64,000 nucleotides of DNA from an uncultured Candidatus Saccharibacteria bacterium (GCA_964586695.1 CAZPGQ010000002.1:6337-70336), one strand, 5' to 3'; shown: positions 41,063-50,489, counted from the first letter of the stretch. Translations and numbers: made by a program. The notes: a model not told the origin generated them from the sequence alone.

Positions 41063-42064
41063 ATGAATATCAAAAAAATCGCAAGTATAGCCATAGCAGG
41101 TGTTATGGCTATGGGCCCTGTTATGACATACGCACAAACAGCGACCACAACTTCAAATACGCAAGTTCAAACAATGATGAGCCAGATACAAACATTACAG
41201 GCTCAAATACAAGCTTTAAAAAATTTACAAGCCCAAGTTGCATCTACAACAGCAAGTATATCTGCGACACTAGGTCAAATGAGAAATCTTCGACAAGGAA
41301 TGAGTGGTGAAGATGTGAAAGCTCTTCAAGCAATATTAGCTTCTGATCCAAATATCTATTCTGGAGAAATTACAGGATTCTTTGGAAATCTTACTGCCGA
41401 AGCTCTTAAAAAATACCAGAAGAAGTTTGGTATTGACGCAGTTGGATATGTTGGACCAAAAACTCTAAAGAAAATCTCTGAACACATGAATGAGATTGGA
41501 CTTTCATCAGAAAACCGAGAATCAAATAATTCAGAAAAGAAGAAAGGAGATGATGACAAAAAACAATTATGTGTAAAGGTGGCGCCTGGCCAATTAATTG
41601 CGCCCGGTCAGCAAAAAAGAGATGATGATAGAAAAGGTGATGACGACAGAAATGAGAGAGAAAGAAAGAATAACATTTTATCAAAACTACCTCTTTGTAA
41701 AGATCTTCCTAAAGGAATAGACGACAAAATTAATGGTGAAAATCATGGTACAGTAACACCAAGAGACACTACCGCTCCAGTAATATCTTCTGTTGGAACA
41801 AGCAATATTCTTGCAACTACGACAAACATTGTTTGGACAACAAATGAAAACTCAAACAGCAGAGTTTGGTTTGGAACAACAAACCCAGTAAACTACAAGG
41901 CTGATCCAAACATAAGAACTGGAGATCTATTTGTAACAAACCATGTTATTCCTCTATCAGGACTTTCTACTTCAACAACTTACTACTTTGTAGTTGGTTC
42001 AATTGATCCAAAAGGAAATGTAGCAACATCTAGTCAGAGTTCATTCACTACTCTAGCTCAATAA
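41063..42064 (+). CDS. Secreted protein with peptidoglycan-binding domain (PG_binding_1), charged linker and C-terminal FN3-like domain
   Basis: Signal peptide. GEDVKALQAILASDPNIYSGEITGFFGNLTAEALKKYQKKFGIDAVGYVGPKT. C-terminal TAPVIS...TYYFVVGSID. Confidence 0.65.
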   Translation: MNIKKIASIAIAGVMAMGPVMTYAQTATTTSNTQVQTMMSQIQTLQAQIQALKNLQAQVASTTASISATLGQMRNLRQGMSGEDVKALQAILASDPNIYSGEITGFFGNLTAEALKKYQKKFGIDAVGYVGPKTLKKISEHMNEIGLSSENRESNNSEKKKGDDDKKQLCVKVAPGQLIAPGQQKRDDDRKGDDDRNERERKNNILSKLPLCKDLPKGIDDKINGENHGTVTPRDTTAPVISSVGTSNILATTTNIVWTTNENSNSRVWFGTTNPVNYKADPNIRTGDLFVTNHVIPLSGLSTSTTYYFVVGSIDPKGNVATSSQSSFTTLAQ

Positions 42065-42134
42065 GCTTAATTAGATCTGATTTCACAAAAACAACCCTAG
42101 CGGGTTGTTTTTGTTTTCATGATAAAATGCTTAT

Positions 42135-44294
42135 ATGCGCGCAGATTCTACACTAAAGGAAAATTTTAGACTTACAGAATTACAAAGAAAAGCTTTGGCT
42201 AAAATAGGTATTTCTACAGTCGAAGATATGTTGTATCACTTCCCTGTTCGATACGGGGACACAGCCCAAGTGTCATATGTAGATAGCCTAACAAAAGGGA
42301 CAGACTCAGTTATTTTTGGAACCATTTCAGGACTCAAAACTAGTAAAGCTTTTATCAAAAAAATTCCAATGTCAGAAGCTGTGGTGGAAGATGAAACTGG
42401 AAAAATAAAACTGGTTTGGTTCAACCAGCCATACATAGCAAAAATGATGCGCGAAGGTGCACTAGTTCGTGTCGAAGGAAAAGTTACCGAAAGAAAAAAT
42501 GAGCTCTATATGAGTAACCCCAAAATAGAAATGATTAACCAGTTACCAAATGCAGTTGGTGATTCTCTTTTTGGTAAGGCTGAAGGTGACGAACACTCAA
42601 TGTATCCAGTCTACCCAGAAAGCAAAGGTGTGACTTCCTACTGGATGTACCACACAATACAGAAAATATTTTCTGCTGGAGTTCTAGATAACATCTCCGA
42701 CCCCATACCAGAAGATATTTTGAAAAAGTACAACTTACCTGGAATAAAAACGGCACTCATATGGGTTCACACACCAAAAAACGAAAACGATGCCCTGTCT
42801 GCAAGAAAAAGATTTGCTTTTCAAGAAATATTTTTCATCCAACTAGAAAAACAAAAAGAGAAAAAACTTTGGGCAGAGAAAAGTAGTTTCAATATTCAAA
42901 CAAGCGAAAAAGATGTTATGGATTTTGTTAAACGTTTTCCATTTGAAGCAACAGCTTCACAAATGGATGCGATAAAATCTATAACATCTGACTTTCGTCG
43001 AGGTCACCCAATGTCCAGACTCCTAGAGGGAGACGTGGGGTCTGGGAAAACAGCAGTCGCAGCAACAACAATATATGCAGTAACTAATGCCAGACCAAAT
43101 GGAAAGGATTATGGTAACCTCCAAACAGCATATATGGTACCGACTGAGATCCTTGCAAAACAACATTATGAAAATTTTATAAGTTACTTTAATCACCTCC
43201 CTATAAAAATAGGTCTGGTTACTGGGAGTGAATGTAAAATATTCCCTAGTAAAAGTGACCCAACAAAACCAACCAAAATTTCCAAAGCTCAGTTACTAAA
43301 ATGGGTTGCAAATGGCGAGGTGCCAATACTTATTGGCACTCATGCACTCATACAAAAATCCGTAACATTTAAACACCTAGCTTTTGTTGTTATCGACGAA
43401 CAACATCGTTTTGGAACTCTGCAAAGACAGAAACTGACAACCAAAAACGAGATGCTCCCCCACCTACTTTCAATGACAGCGACCCCTATTCCCCGAACAC
43501 TGGCTCTTACTATATACGGCGACCTCGATATAACAGTTCTAGAAGGAATGCCTCATGGAAGAAAACCAATTATTACAAAAGTTGTTCCGACAGTTGATCG
43601 GAAAAATACATATGAGGAAATCAGAAATGAACTAAAAGCTGGGAGACAGCTGTATGTTATCTGCCCACGTATCGATGAACCGGATCCAACAAAAGAAATG
43701 GCAGTAATGGCTAAGTCAGTAACCCTCGAAGCCGAAAGATTGAAAAAAGAAGTATTCAAAGAGTACACCATCGACATTTTACACAGCAAAATGACCCCGG
43801 CAGAAAAAGAATCTGTGATGACAAAGTTTGAGCAAGGCAAAACAAAAATACTTGTAGCTACTTCTGTGGTTGAAGTTGGTGTGAATGTACCAAATGCAAC
43901 TGTTATTATTATCGAGGGGGCAGAAAGATTTGGTCTCTCACAACTCCATCAGTTACGAGGTCGTGTCATACGTTCCAACCATCAGGCCTACTGCTATGTA
44001 TTTCCAGAAAGTAATGGTCAAAAAACCAAAGATAGACTGAAAGCACTAACTACTGCAAAAAATGGTTTTGAACTTGCAGAGTTCGACCTACAACAGCGAG
44101 GAGCGGGCGAACTATACGGACGAAAACAATGGGGTATCTCCGACCTAGCTATGGAGGCAATAAAAAATATAAAAATGGTAGAAGCTTCTAGAAACGAAGC
44201 GTTGAGACTCGTAGATGAAGATGTTGAGTTTAAAAAATATCCAATGATACAAGAGTACTTTAAAAACCAGACTAACAAAATACATTTTGAATAA
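42135..44294 (+). CDS. recG: ATP-dependent DNA helicase RecG
   Basis: 719 aa. N-terminal wedge domain. Helicase motif I GDVGSGKTAVAA, DEQHRFG, QLRGRVIR. Confidence 0.85.
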   Translation: MRADSTLKENFRLTELQRKALAKIGISTVEDMLYHFPVRYGDTAQVSYVDSLTKGTDSVIFGTISGLKTSKAFIKKIPMSEAVVEDETGKIKLVWFNQPYIAKMMREGALVRVEGKVTERKNELYMSNPKIEMINQLPNAVGDSLFGKAEGDEHSMYPVYPESKGVTSYWMYHTIQKIFSAGVLDNISDPIPEDILKKYNLPGIKTALIWVHTPKNENDALSARKRFAFQEIFFIQLEKQKEKKLWAEKSSFNIQTSEKDVMDFVKRFPFEATASQMDAIKSITSDFRRGHPMSRLLEGDVGSGKTAVAATTIYAVTNARPNGKDYGNLQTAYMVPTEILAKQHYENFISYFNHLPIKIGLVTGSECKIFPSKSDPTKPTKISKAQLLKWVANGEVPILIGTHALIQKSVTFKHLAFVVIDEQHRFGTLQRQKLTTKNEMLPHLLSMTATPIPRTLALTIYGDLDITVLEGMPHGRKPIITKVVPTVDRKNTYEEIRNELKAGRQLYVICPRIDEPDPTKEMAVMAKSVTLEAERLKKEVFKEYTIDILHSKMTPAEKESVMTKFEQGKTKILVATSVVEVGVNVPNATVIIIEGAERFGLSQLHQLRGRVIRSNHQAYCYVFPESNGQKTKDRLKALTTAKNGFELAEFDLQQRGAGELYGRKQWGISDLAMEAIKNIKMVEASRNEALRLVDEDVEFKKYPMIQEYFKNQTNKIHFE

Positions 44295-44299
44295 AAGTT

Positions 44300-44620
44300 A
44301 AATATTGGAAAAGCCCGCGGAAAGCCTCAAAGTTGCGGACTTTTCCTACGGGCTAGAGAAGAACTACCTTATGGACGAGTGTCGTGGATCCGTGGTCTTT
44401 CGGCGTCATACTCGTGCCTTCTGGCACGACCATTGTAACCCTGTGGTTATACCAACGGCCAACAGGAATGCTTCTCCTGTACACACCATAGATGACAACC
44501 TGACGAAGCACTGTAATGGTCCCCACCTCCTGGAAGTAGTCACCAATCTTGAGGTCGCCGAACTTTTCATCCCGAAATCTCTTACAGTTATCCTGCATAT
44601 GCCTCCCTACAGTCCATAAT
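44300..44620. other. GC-rich orphan segment of unknown nature (no confident ORF or RNA assignment). Possible remnant of an integrated element beside the tRNA-fragment cluster.
   Basis: Base composition visibly richer in G+C than flanks. Overlapping short ORFs on both strands (44305-44619 +, 44353-44598 -) without recognisable motifs. Confidence 0.4.
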
Positions 44621-44641
44621 ATTTATTAAGAATATATTGTC

Positions 44642-44672
44642 AAACTCTTGTGCGCCTGCCTGGAATCTGAAC
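44642..44672 (-). pseudogene. Degenerate tRNA 3' fragment (T arm + acceptor 3' strand ...caggcgcac)
   Basis: Minus-strand cccagaagttcagattccaggcaggcgcac resembles the 3' end of the tRNA at 44835-44908. Confidence 0.5.
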
Positions 44673-44719
44673 TTCTGGGAAACCCACGGTTTTCCCAATC
44701 CTTCCTCCACGGGAAACTC

Positions 44720-44744
44720 CCGTTTCCCGACCCCTTCCCTGGTT
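44720..44744 (+). pseudogene. Plus-strand tRNA 3' fragment (T arm cctgg-ttcgagt-ccagg + taggca) followed by terminator hairpin aaacgcctttcggcgttt
   Basis: Orientation opposite to the other copies. Confidence 0.45.
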
Positions 44745-44776
44745 CGAGTCCAGGTAGGCAAAAACGCCTTTCGGCG

Positions 44777-44826
44777 TTTATTCTGTGCGCCTGCCTGGAC
44801 TCGAACCAGGGACCCCAGAGGTATAT
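44777..44826 (-). pseudogene. tRNA 3' half (anticodon-loop 3' side through acceptor end). Variant copy with compensatory T-stem swap.
   Basis: Minus-strand tatacctctggggtccctggttcgagtccaggcaggcgcac. T stem cctgg/ccagg versus ccagg/cctgg in the intact gene. Confidence 0.6.
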
Positions 44827-44834
44827 GGGGAAGA

Positions 44835-44908
44835 AAACTCCGTGCGCCTGCCAGGATTCGAACCTGGGACCCCAGAGGTATAAGCTCTGTGCTCTAACCA
44901 ACTGAGCT
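44835..44908 (-). tRNA. tRNA-Ile (anticodon UAU) by loop reading
   Basis: Acceptor gcgcctg/caggcgc, D arm gctc-agttggtta-gagc, anticodon stem cagag/ctctg, loop ctTATac, T arm ccagg-ttcgaat-cctgg. Confidence 0.65.
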
Positions 44909-44988
44909 ACAGGCGCACGCAATTTTCTTCCATCCCATATAGCTGGTTCGATCGGATGTAATGAAAGCAAGCTTTCGCCACATCCTCA

Positions 44989-45027
44989 CTGCCAGCTATA
45001 AGCTCTGTGCTCTAACCAACTGAGCTA
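44989..45027 (-). pseudogene. tRNA 5' half (positions 1 to about 37, ends inside anticodon loop cttata), identical to the 5' half of the tRNA at 44835-44908
   Basis: Minus-strand tgcgcctgtagctcagttggttagagcacagagcttata. Followed by an 80-nt segment bounded by gctgg...ccagc instead of a 3' half. Confidence 0.65.
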
Positions 45028-45043
45028 CAGGCGCATTTATGTT

Positions 45044-45340
45044 ATGATTAACTCATATAAATTAGCACACTTTATGAAAAATAAAAACACACATAAAAAG
45101 TTGTGGTTCAAATCAAAAATGTATGGCTGGGGCTGGCAACCATGTAGCTGGGAAGGTTGGGCTGTCCTCGCTCTTTATATAACAACACTAACTGTTAACT
45201 TTATAAACACAAATAAAATCTATACTACAACTCCTAACACTATTGCAGATTTTACTCCTGTTTTTGTAATTAATACCTTTTTCCTTCTGACTATTTGTTA
45301 TATCAAAGGTGAAAAACCAAGGTGGAGATGGGGCAAATAA
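45044..45340 (+). CDS. Small membrane protein, function unknown
   Basis: 98-aa ORF with two hydrophobic helices. Ends at terminator hairpin. Confidence 0.4.
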   Translation: MINSYKLAHFMKNKNTHKKLWFKSKMYGWGWQPCSWEGWAVLALYITTLTVNFINTNKIYTTTPNTIADFTPVFVINTFFLLTICYIKGEKPRWRWGK

Positions 45341-45344
45341 CTAA

Positions 45345-45378
45345 AACAAAACCCGAGAAATCTCGGGTTTTGTTTTAG
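45345..45378. terminator. Bidirectional rho-independent terminator
   Basis: aaaacaaaacccgagaaatctcgggttttgtttt between convergent ORF 45044-45340 and ftsH. Confidence 0.7.
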
Positions 45379-45383
45379 TTATT

Positions 45384-47318
45384 TTAAACTTGGTGTTCTA
45401 TATCAAGCTTTTTCTTTGGAGTAATACCGTGAGCAACAAGTATACTTTCAAAATCTGCTCGTTCTATAGTTTCTTTATCCATTAGAACAGCTGCTATAGC
45501 ATCTAGAAGTTTTTTGTTTTCAGTAATAGTTTTTTCTGCTTTATCTTTTGCTTCGTTCATTATTCGAGAGACTTCCGCGTCTATGTCAGCAGAAACTTTT
45601 TCTGAGAAAGATTTCTCCTCTACTCCCCGACCAAACAAAGCCTTACCTTCTTGACCTTCTAGCGCAACAGGACCAACCATATCTGACATTCCGTATTTTG
45701 TAACCATGTCTCGCGCAAGAGCGGTAGAAACTTGTAAGTCGTTTGATGGACCAGTTGTAAGATCACCAAACATCATTTTTTCTGTAACATACCCACCTAA
45801 AGAAACTGCAATATCGTCTAGAAATTCTTTCTTTGATTGAAGTTTATTTTCTTCTAATGGCAACTTGAAAACATATCCTAATGCACGTCCTCTAGAAATA
45901 ATTGTGATCTTATGAACTGGATCAGCATAAGGAAGTATTGATGCAAGAACAGCATGACCAGCTTCGTGATAAGCAGTTATTTCTTTTTCTTTCTTTGACA
46001 ATAGATGACTTCTTCGTTCAGGACCAATTATTACCTTTTCGATTGAACGAATCAAATCAAACTGGGCAACAGTAGTCCGGTTTTCTCGCGCTGCAAGTAT
46101 CGCACCTTCGTTCATAAGAGAGTACAGATCTGCTCCACTAAACCCTGGTGTTCTTTCTGCAATAACTTTTAGATTTACATCTTCTGCAAAAGGTTTCTTT
46201 TTGCTATGTACTTTCAAAATCTCCTCTCTGTCGTGTCTGTCTGGAAGGTCCAAAGTAACTCGTCTGTCAAAACGTCCTGGTCGAAGTAGTGCAGGATCCA
46301 AAACATCTGGTCTGTTTGTTGCCGCCATAACAATAACTTTTTCATTTGGCTCAAAACCATCCATCTCAACAAGTATCTGGTTTAGTGTCTGCTCTCTTTC
46401 ATCATTTCCACCGCCAGCACCAACACCTCTTACACGACCAACAGCATCTATCTCATCTACGAAAATAATAGCTGAAGAATTTTTCTTAGCCATCAAAAAT
46501 AGATCTCTTACTCGTGATGCTCCAACACCAACAAACATTTCTACGAACTCTGAACCAGAAATAGAAAAGAAAGCTACCCCAGCCTCACCAGCCACAGCAC
46601 GTGCAAGTAGTGTCTTTCCTGTTCCAGGAGCACCCATAAGCAATATTCCTTTTGGAATACGTGCACCAATGTCTAGAAACTTTTTTGGATTTCGCAAGAA
46701 ATCTACAATTTCTGTGAGTTCTTCTTTTGCTTCTTTTGCACCCGCAACATCCTTGAATGTAACTCTTTGTGAAGAATCATTCGGATCTATCATTCTTGCC
46801 TTTGACTGTCCAAAAGTTAGTGCTTGCATGCCTGCACCCTTTACCTGACGAGTAATAAACCAAATAAAAATAGCGATAAAAAGTATTGGAAAAATAATTG
46901 GTGATAAATTCAAAATCCAATAGCCAACTCCATTTTCATTTTTAATATTAATATTTACTGCAGAAACTTGTTCTTTTGTTACACCGTAGTTAACTAGTGT
47001 TTGAGAAAGAGCCTCGCCATCTTCTTTTTTTGAAATTTTCTTTTCACCAGCTTTGTATTCGATATCCAGAGCGTCTCCTTTTACAACCACGGTCTTTACT
47101 GTCCCTGCTTTTATATCAGTAGAAAGTTGTGAGATAGAAATCTGCTCTGCTTTTTTTGAAGAAGAACTCGATACAAAAGAGTACACTGAAGAAATAAGTA
47201 CAAATATCAAGATCACAGTCAAAACATAGCTGATTATTGATCCGTTTTCTGGATCTCCCCCTGTTCCCTTTTTCTTGATTATTAATTTTGTCTTTTGTGG
47301 AGTTTCTTCTGGTTTCAT
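45384..47318 (-). CDS. ftsH: ATP-dependent zinc metalloprotease FtsH. Start taken at internal ATG (MKPEETPQK...). The track ORF extends to 47420 via an upstream alternative start.
   Basis: TM helices. AAA Walker [22 protein letters not shown]. Zn motif AYHEAGHAV. Confidence 0.85.
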   Translation of the reverse strand: MKPEETPQKTKLIIKKKGTGGDPENGSIISYVLTVILIFVLISSVYSFVSSSSSKKAEQISISQLSTDIKAGTVKTVVVKGDALDIEYKAGEKKISKKEDGEALSQTLVNYGVTKEQVSAVNINIKNENGVGYWILNLSPIIFPILFIAIFIWFITRQVKGAGMQALTFGQSKARMIDPNDSSQRVTFKDVAGAKEAKEELTEIVDFLRNPKKFLDIGARIPKGILLMGAPGTGKTLLARAVAGEAGVAFFSISGSEFVEMFVGVGASRVRDLFLMAKKNSSAIIFVDEIDAVGRVRGVGAGGGNDEREQTLNQILVEMDGFEPNEKVIVMAATNRPDVLDPALLRPGRFDRRVTLDLPDRHDREEILKVHSKKKPFAEDVNLKVIAERTPGFSGADLYSLMNEGAILAARENRTTVAQFDLIRSIEKVIIGPERRSHLLSKKEKEITAYHEAGHAVLASILPYADPVHKITIISRGRALGYVFKLPLEENKLQSKKEFLDDIAVSLGGYVTEKMMFGDLTTGPSNDLQVSTALARDMVTKYGMSDMVGPVALEGQEGKALFGRGVEEKSFSEKVSADIDAEVSRIMNEAKDKAEKTITENKKLLDAIAAVLMDKETIERADFESILVAHGITPKKKLDIEHQV

Positions 47319-47385
47319 AGTAGCCACAGTATACACGAAAAAAGTTAAAATAAAAGCTAAAAAATATGTTATAGTTAGCCGTAAG

Positions 47386-47829
47386 ATGTCATTAATCACA
47401 AACAAAAAGGCACACTTCAACTATGAAATTGGAGAAAAATATACCGCTGGTATAGAGCTTTTTGGTTATGAGGTAAAGTCTGTCCGCAAGGGCCAAGGTT
47501 CCCTAGATGGGTCATATGTGACTGTTCGTGGCGGAGAAGCCTTTCTAATTAACGCTTTTATTCCACCATTCCAAGAGAAGAATGCTCCAAAGGACTACGA
47601 CCCAAACCGAACTCGAAAACTACTTTTGACCAAAAAAGAGATACTAGAGCTAGGAAATATAGAGAAAACAAAGGGATTGACAATAGTGCCTATTTCGGTG
47701 TATAATAAGGGTAGAGTTTTGAAAGTCGAGCTTGGTGTCGGAAAAGGCAAAAAGAAGTTCGACAAAAGAGAGACTTTGAAAAAACAGGATTCTGAAAGAG
47801 ATCTGAGACGAGATTTTAGCGACAGATAG
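47386..47829 (+). CDS. smpB: SsrA-binding protein SmpB. Start at MSLITNKKAHFNYEI (track ORF 47275 carries a spurious N-terminal extension).
   Basis: KKAHFNYEI...YTAGIELFGYEVKSVR...GEAFLINAFIPPF...KGLTIVPISVYNKGRVLKVELGVGKGKK. Confidence 0.8.
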   Translation: MSLITNKKAHFNYEIGEKYTAGIELFGYEVKSVRKGQGSLDGSYVTVRGGEAFLINAFIPPFQEKNAPKDYDPNRTRKLLLTKKEILELGNIEKTKGLTIVPISVYNKGRVLKVELGVGKGKKKFDKRETLKKQDSERDLRRDFSDR

Positions 47830-47984
47830 TTAGCTATCATTCGGCTAAAGTAAGTTTACTTATTACTCATACCTTTTTCTTGTACCAGAATAATTTTCTG
47901 CTGAAAATTTTCTTTCTGCTCACCTTTTCACAGGTTCCGCAGACACAAGAAAAAGCTACGAGTAATAAAATTAAGTTTATTTTA

Positions 47985-48378
47985 GGGGGATGACAGGCAT
48001 AGACAAGTAAGTCCTTTGACAATGTGCACGACAGAACTGAAGTAATTCTTTAAACTGCTTCAAAGCATAGATGCTAAAAACACCTTTGCAAAAGCAATCC
48101 CTTCACCATTTATGGCGAATGGATTCGCTCTCGCTTTCGCTTAATCTTTTAGATTAAACCAAAACGGCGGCTATTCCTCGAAGTCTGTTACAGGAAATAG
48201 TTGATATATCATCGGACTTGAGAACGTCTTAGTTTCGAGGCGGACTGACACAAAGAAAACTAAAATACAATTCATTTTGTTGGTTTAAAGAATTGTATTT
48301 GAAAAATAAAACCAACTACGTCGTGTAGAAACATTGCCAAAACTTATTTGCACGGCGGTTCAAATCCGCCCTTCTCCA
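47985..48378 (+). ncRNA. ssrA: tmRNA (ssrA): tRNA-Ala-like ends plus tag reading frame ANGFALAFA-stop
   Basis: 5' GGGGGAUGACAGGCAUAGAC. 3' T arm ggcgg-ttcaaat-ccgcc + acceptor cttctcc + A, with G3-U70 wobble pairing to the 5' end. In-frame gcg aat gga ttc gct ctc gct ttc gct TAA at 48115-48144. Immediately downstream of smpB, and followed by a terminator. Confidence 0.7.
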
Positions 48379-48382
48379 CAAA

Positions 48383-48415
48383 TATCAAAAAACCGCCAAG
48401 TGGCGGTTTTTTGTG
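48383..48415 (+). terminator. Rho-independent terminator after ssrA
   Basis: aaaaaaccgccaagtggcggtttttt. Confidence 0.7.
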
Positions 48416-48416
48416 A

Positions 48417-48977
48417 CTAAACTTTTAGATATGAAGGCTTTTGGAGCATGCTTGCATCCTTTGACCAAGGGTGGCACATCCAACTTGCACTATACAAACC
48501 TGAACCAAGAACTTTTGCAGCAACAATTTCCTTTGGAATTATTGCTGGGAAATCTGAAAGAGACTTTGGGCGAGTAACTGTTCCTGTATCCTTACCTTCT
48601 GTCCAAGTGTATAGATTTACACCATCATAAACCATAATGTTATTTGTAGAGCCTGAAGCAGTTCGTGATCGGAATTCCGCTCGCATCTTACCGTCAGCAA
48701 GATAAACTGTGTTTGTACTTCTTACTACGTTAACTTCCTCGTAGTCGCACTGATAGTTACCAAGCTTTGGAAGAATATTTGTAAATGTTTCTGTTGGAGC
48801 AACACTGACTGGTTTTGATACAGCAGGCTTAGCAGGTGTTTTTTCTGCCACAACACTTTTTGTTGTATCTTCTGTATTAACACTTTCTACTGGAGCATTA
48901 CCTTTTGAAACTATTAACCAAACCACCAAAACAACACCGACAACCACCAAAGAACCCCACAATATATTTTTATTCAT
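48417..48977 (-). CDS. Membrane-anchored secreted protein, function unknown
   Basis: 186 aa, N-terminal TM (LWGSLVVVGVVLVVWLIV), Pro/Lys-rich linker. Confidence 0.5.
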   Translation of the reverse strand: MNKNILWGSLVVVGVVLVVWLIVSKGNAPVESVNTEDTTKSVVAEKTPAKPAVSKPVSVAPTETFTNILPKLGNYQCDYEEVNVVRSTNTVYLADGKMRAEFRSRTASGSTNNIMVYDGVNLYTWTEGKDTGTVTRPKSLSDFPAIIPKEIVAAKVLGSGLYSASWMCHPWSKDASMLQKPSYLKV

Positions 48978-49075
48978 ATTAAAAATTATTTAATAAAAGT
49001 CGTAACTGTGAATATAATTATATACCCCACAGCAACAAAAACAATGTTGCTTGTGCTATAATCTGGAAAATAGAG

Positions 49076-49714
49076 ATGAAAAAATATATTTTAATAATAA
49101 TTCTTGTAGCTATATTGATTCTTGCCTTTTTGTTTTATAAAAAGTCCAACTCAAAACCAGCAGAAACGAATATTGCTTCATATAGAAACTCTTCTTTGGG
49201 AATTTCTTTTCAATATCCCAAAAAGCTAAAGGTGACTGGGACAACTTCTTCTATTAAAATCCATCACGAAGTTCCCTTTGAGCACCACGACTATTGCGAC
49301 TTTAAAGGTGAAGCTACAACCACAATAAAAACTTTGACAGACTTCAATGTAGAAATGCATTTGGTGAACCAAAGCATAATTAAGGCTATGAAAACCGAAA
49401 GCCCTTACATACCAGAAGAAAATTTTCTAAACGGTAAAATAGTCGTCTCCCCTGGTTTTATTGACCCTGTCACTTTTGGAAACCTAAAAGGCTACAGTAT
49501 ATTTGAAGGCGCAGAAGGTTGTGGCCACACTATATATTATTTTGAAATCGAAAGTGAAAAGACACTTGTTGTTACAGATGACTTCATAACTATATTCTCT
49601 GGAGCAATAGACACAGAAAACATGGATAGAGCTTTAGCTGTCCCAGATGTCATCAATAAACAGTCTGCGACCTCCATATTTGAATCAATAGTAAACAGCC
49701 TGAAGGTAGAGTAG
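49076..49714 (+). CDS. Membrane-anchored secreted protein with Y-x-N-x-x-G-x-SFQYP motif, function unknown
   Basis: 212 aa, N-terminal TM, ASYRNSSLGISFQYPKK. Confidence 0.5.
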   Translation: MKKYILIIILVAILILAFLFYKKSNSKPAETNIASYRNSSLGISFQYPKKLKVTGTTSSIKIHHEVPFEHHDYCDFKGEATTTIKTLTDFNVEMHLVNQSIIKAMKTESPYIPEENFLNGKIVVSPGFIDPVTFGNLKGYSIFEGAEGCGHTIYYFEIESEKTLVVTDDFITIFSGAIDTENMDRALAVPDVINKQSATSIFESIVNSLKVE

Positions 49715-49774
49715 CCAAAAAGCAATAAATATGCTATATTTTCGTGACTAGATTATTAATTTAACTCATTCAAT

Positions 49775-50281
49775 ATTTCACACATACGGATAAATAACCA
49801 AATAACTGCGCCAACACTCCGTGTAATTATGGAAGATGGTACAAACCTTGGAGAACTCTCTTTTAAAGACGCATTGGACAAGGCTCGCGAAGCTGGTCTG
49901 GACCTTATAGAGATTTCACCAAAAGCCGTCCCTCCAGTTGCAAAAATCATGGATTATGGTAAATTTCAGTATGCCGAAAACAAGAAGCTAAAGGTGGCTA
50001 AAACCAAGGCTCACACTGTAGAAATCAAGAATATACAGGTAAAAGTTGGCACTGGAGAGCACGATCTTGAACTCAAAGCTAAGAAAGCCTCAGAGTGGCT
50101 AAAGGAAGGAAATCGTATAAAAGTAGACCTATTTCTACCCGGTAGAACTAAGTATATGGATATAAAGTTCCTAGAGGAAAGAATGGCAAGAGTCTTAAAG
50201 CTCATAACGGAACAGTACAAAATAGCTGATCCAGCCAAGAAAAGCCCTAAAGGACTGAGTGTCATAATAGAGAAGGCATAA
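49775..50281 (+). CDS. infC: Translation initiation factor IF-3, probable non-AUG (AUU/AUA) start upstream of the track ATG at 49829
   Basis: In-frame upstream extension ...ISHIRINNQITAPTLRVIMEDGTNLGEL matches the IF-3 N-terminus. C-terminal domain KIMDYGKFQYAE... Confidence 0.8.
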   Translation: MSHIRINNQITAPTLRVIMEDGTNLGELSFKDALDKAREAGLDLIEISPKAVPPVAKIMDYGKFQYAENKKLKVAKTKAHTVEIKNIQVKVGTGEHDLELKAKKASEWLKEGNRIKVDLFLPGRTKYMDIKFLEERMARVLKLITEQYKIADPAKKSPKGLSVIIEKA

Positions 50282-50300
50282 AAAAATCACGAGAAATAAA

Positions 50301-50489
50301 ATGAGCACAAAAACAAACAAATCATTCACAAAGAGACTAAAGGTCAGTAAAAATGGCAAGATAAAAGCTCGTGCTACAGGCCGAAACCACTTTAGAGCAA
50401 AGGAGTCTCGAAGAGCTCAGCTAGCATCTAACAGAGATGTTACTTTCAATATGAGCAACAAGGATATAGCTTTCTACATAAAGAAATAA
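50301..50489 (+). CDS. rpmI: 50S ribosomal protein L35
   Basis: 62 aa, KRLKVSKNGKIKARATGRNHF. Confidence 0.8.
   Translation: MSTKTNKSFTKRLKVSKNGKIKARATGRNHFRAKESRRAQLASNRDVTFNMSNKDIAFYIKK

Noticed and set aside
44300-44620. Considered RNase P RNA or SRP RNA in the GC-rich block left of the tRNA-Ile cluster (GGAAAAGUCCGCAACUUUGAGGC on the minus strand vaguely resembles CR-I)
   Set aside because: Only one weak motif. Position and orientation are inconsistent with RNase P architecture. No CR-IV/CR-V or SRP domain-IV motif found. Left as unassigned.
47275-47420. Overlap of the long ftsH and smpB ORF calls (apparent divergent overlapping genes)
   Set aside because: Both long forms rely on upstream alternative starts. 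Conserved N-termini begin at ATG 47318 (ftsH, MKPEE...) and ATG 47386 (smpB, MSLITNKKAHFNYEI), leaving a normal 67-bp divergent promoter region.
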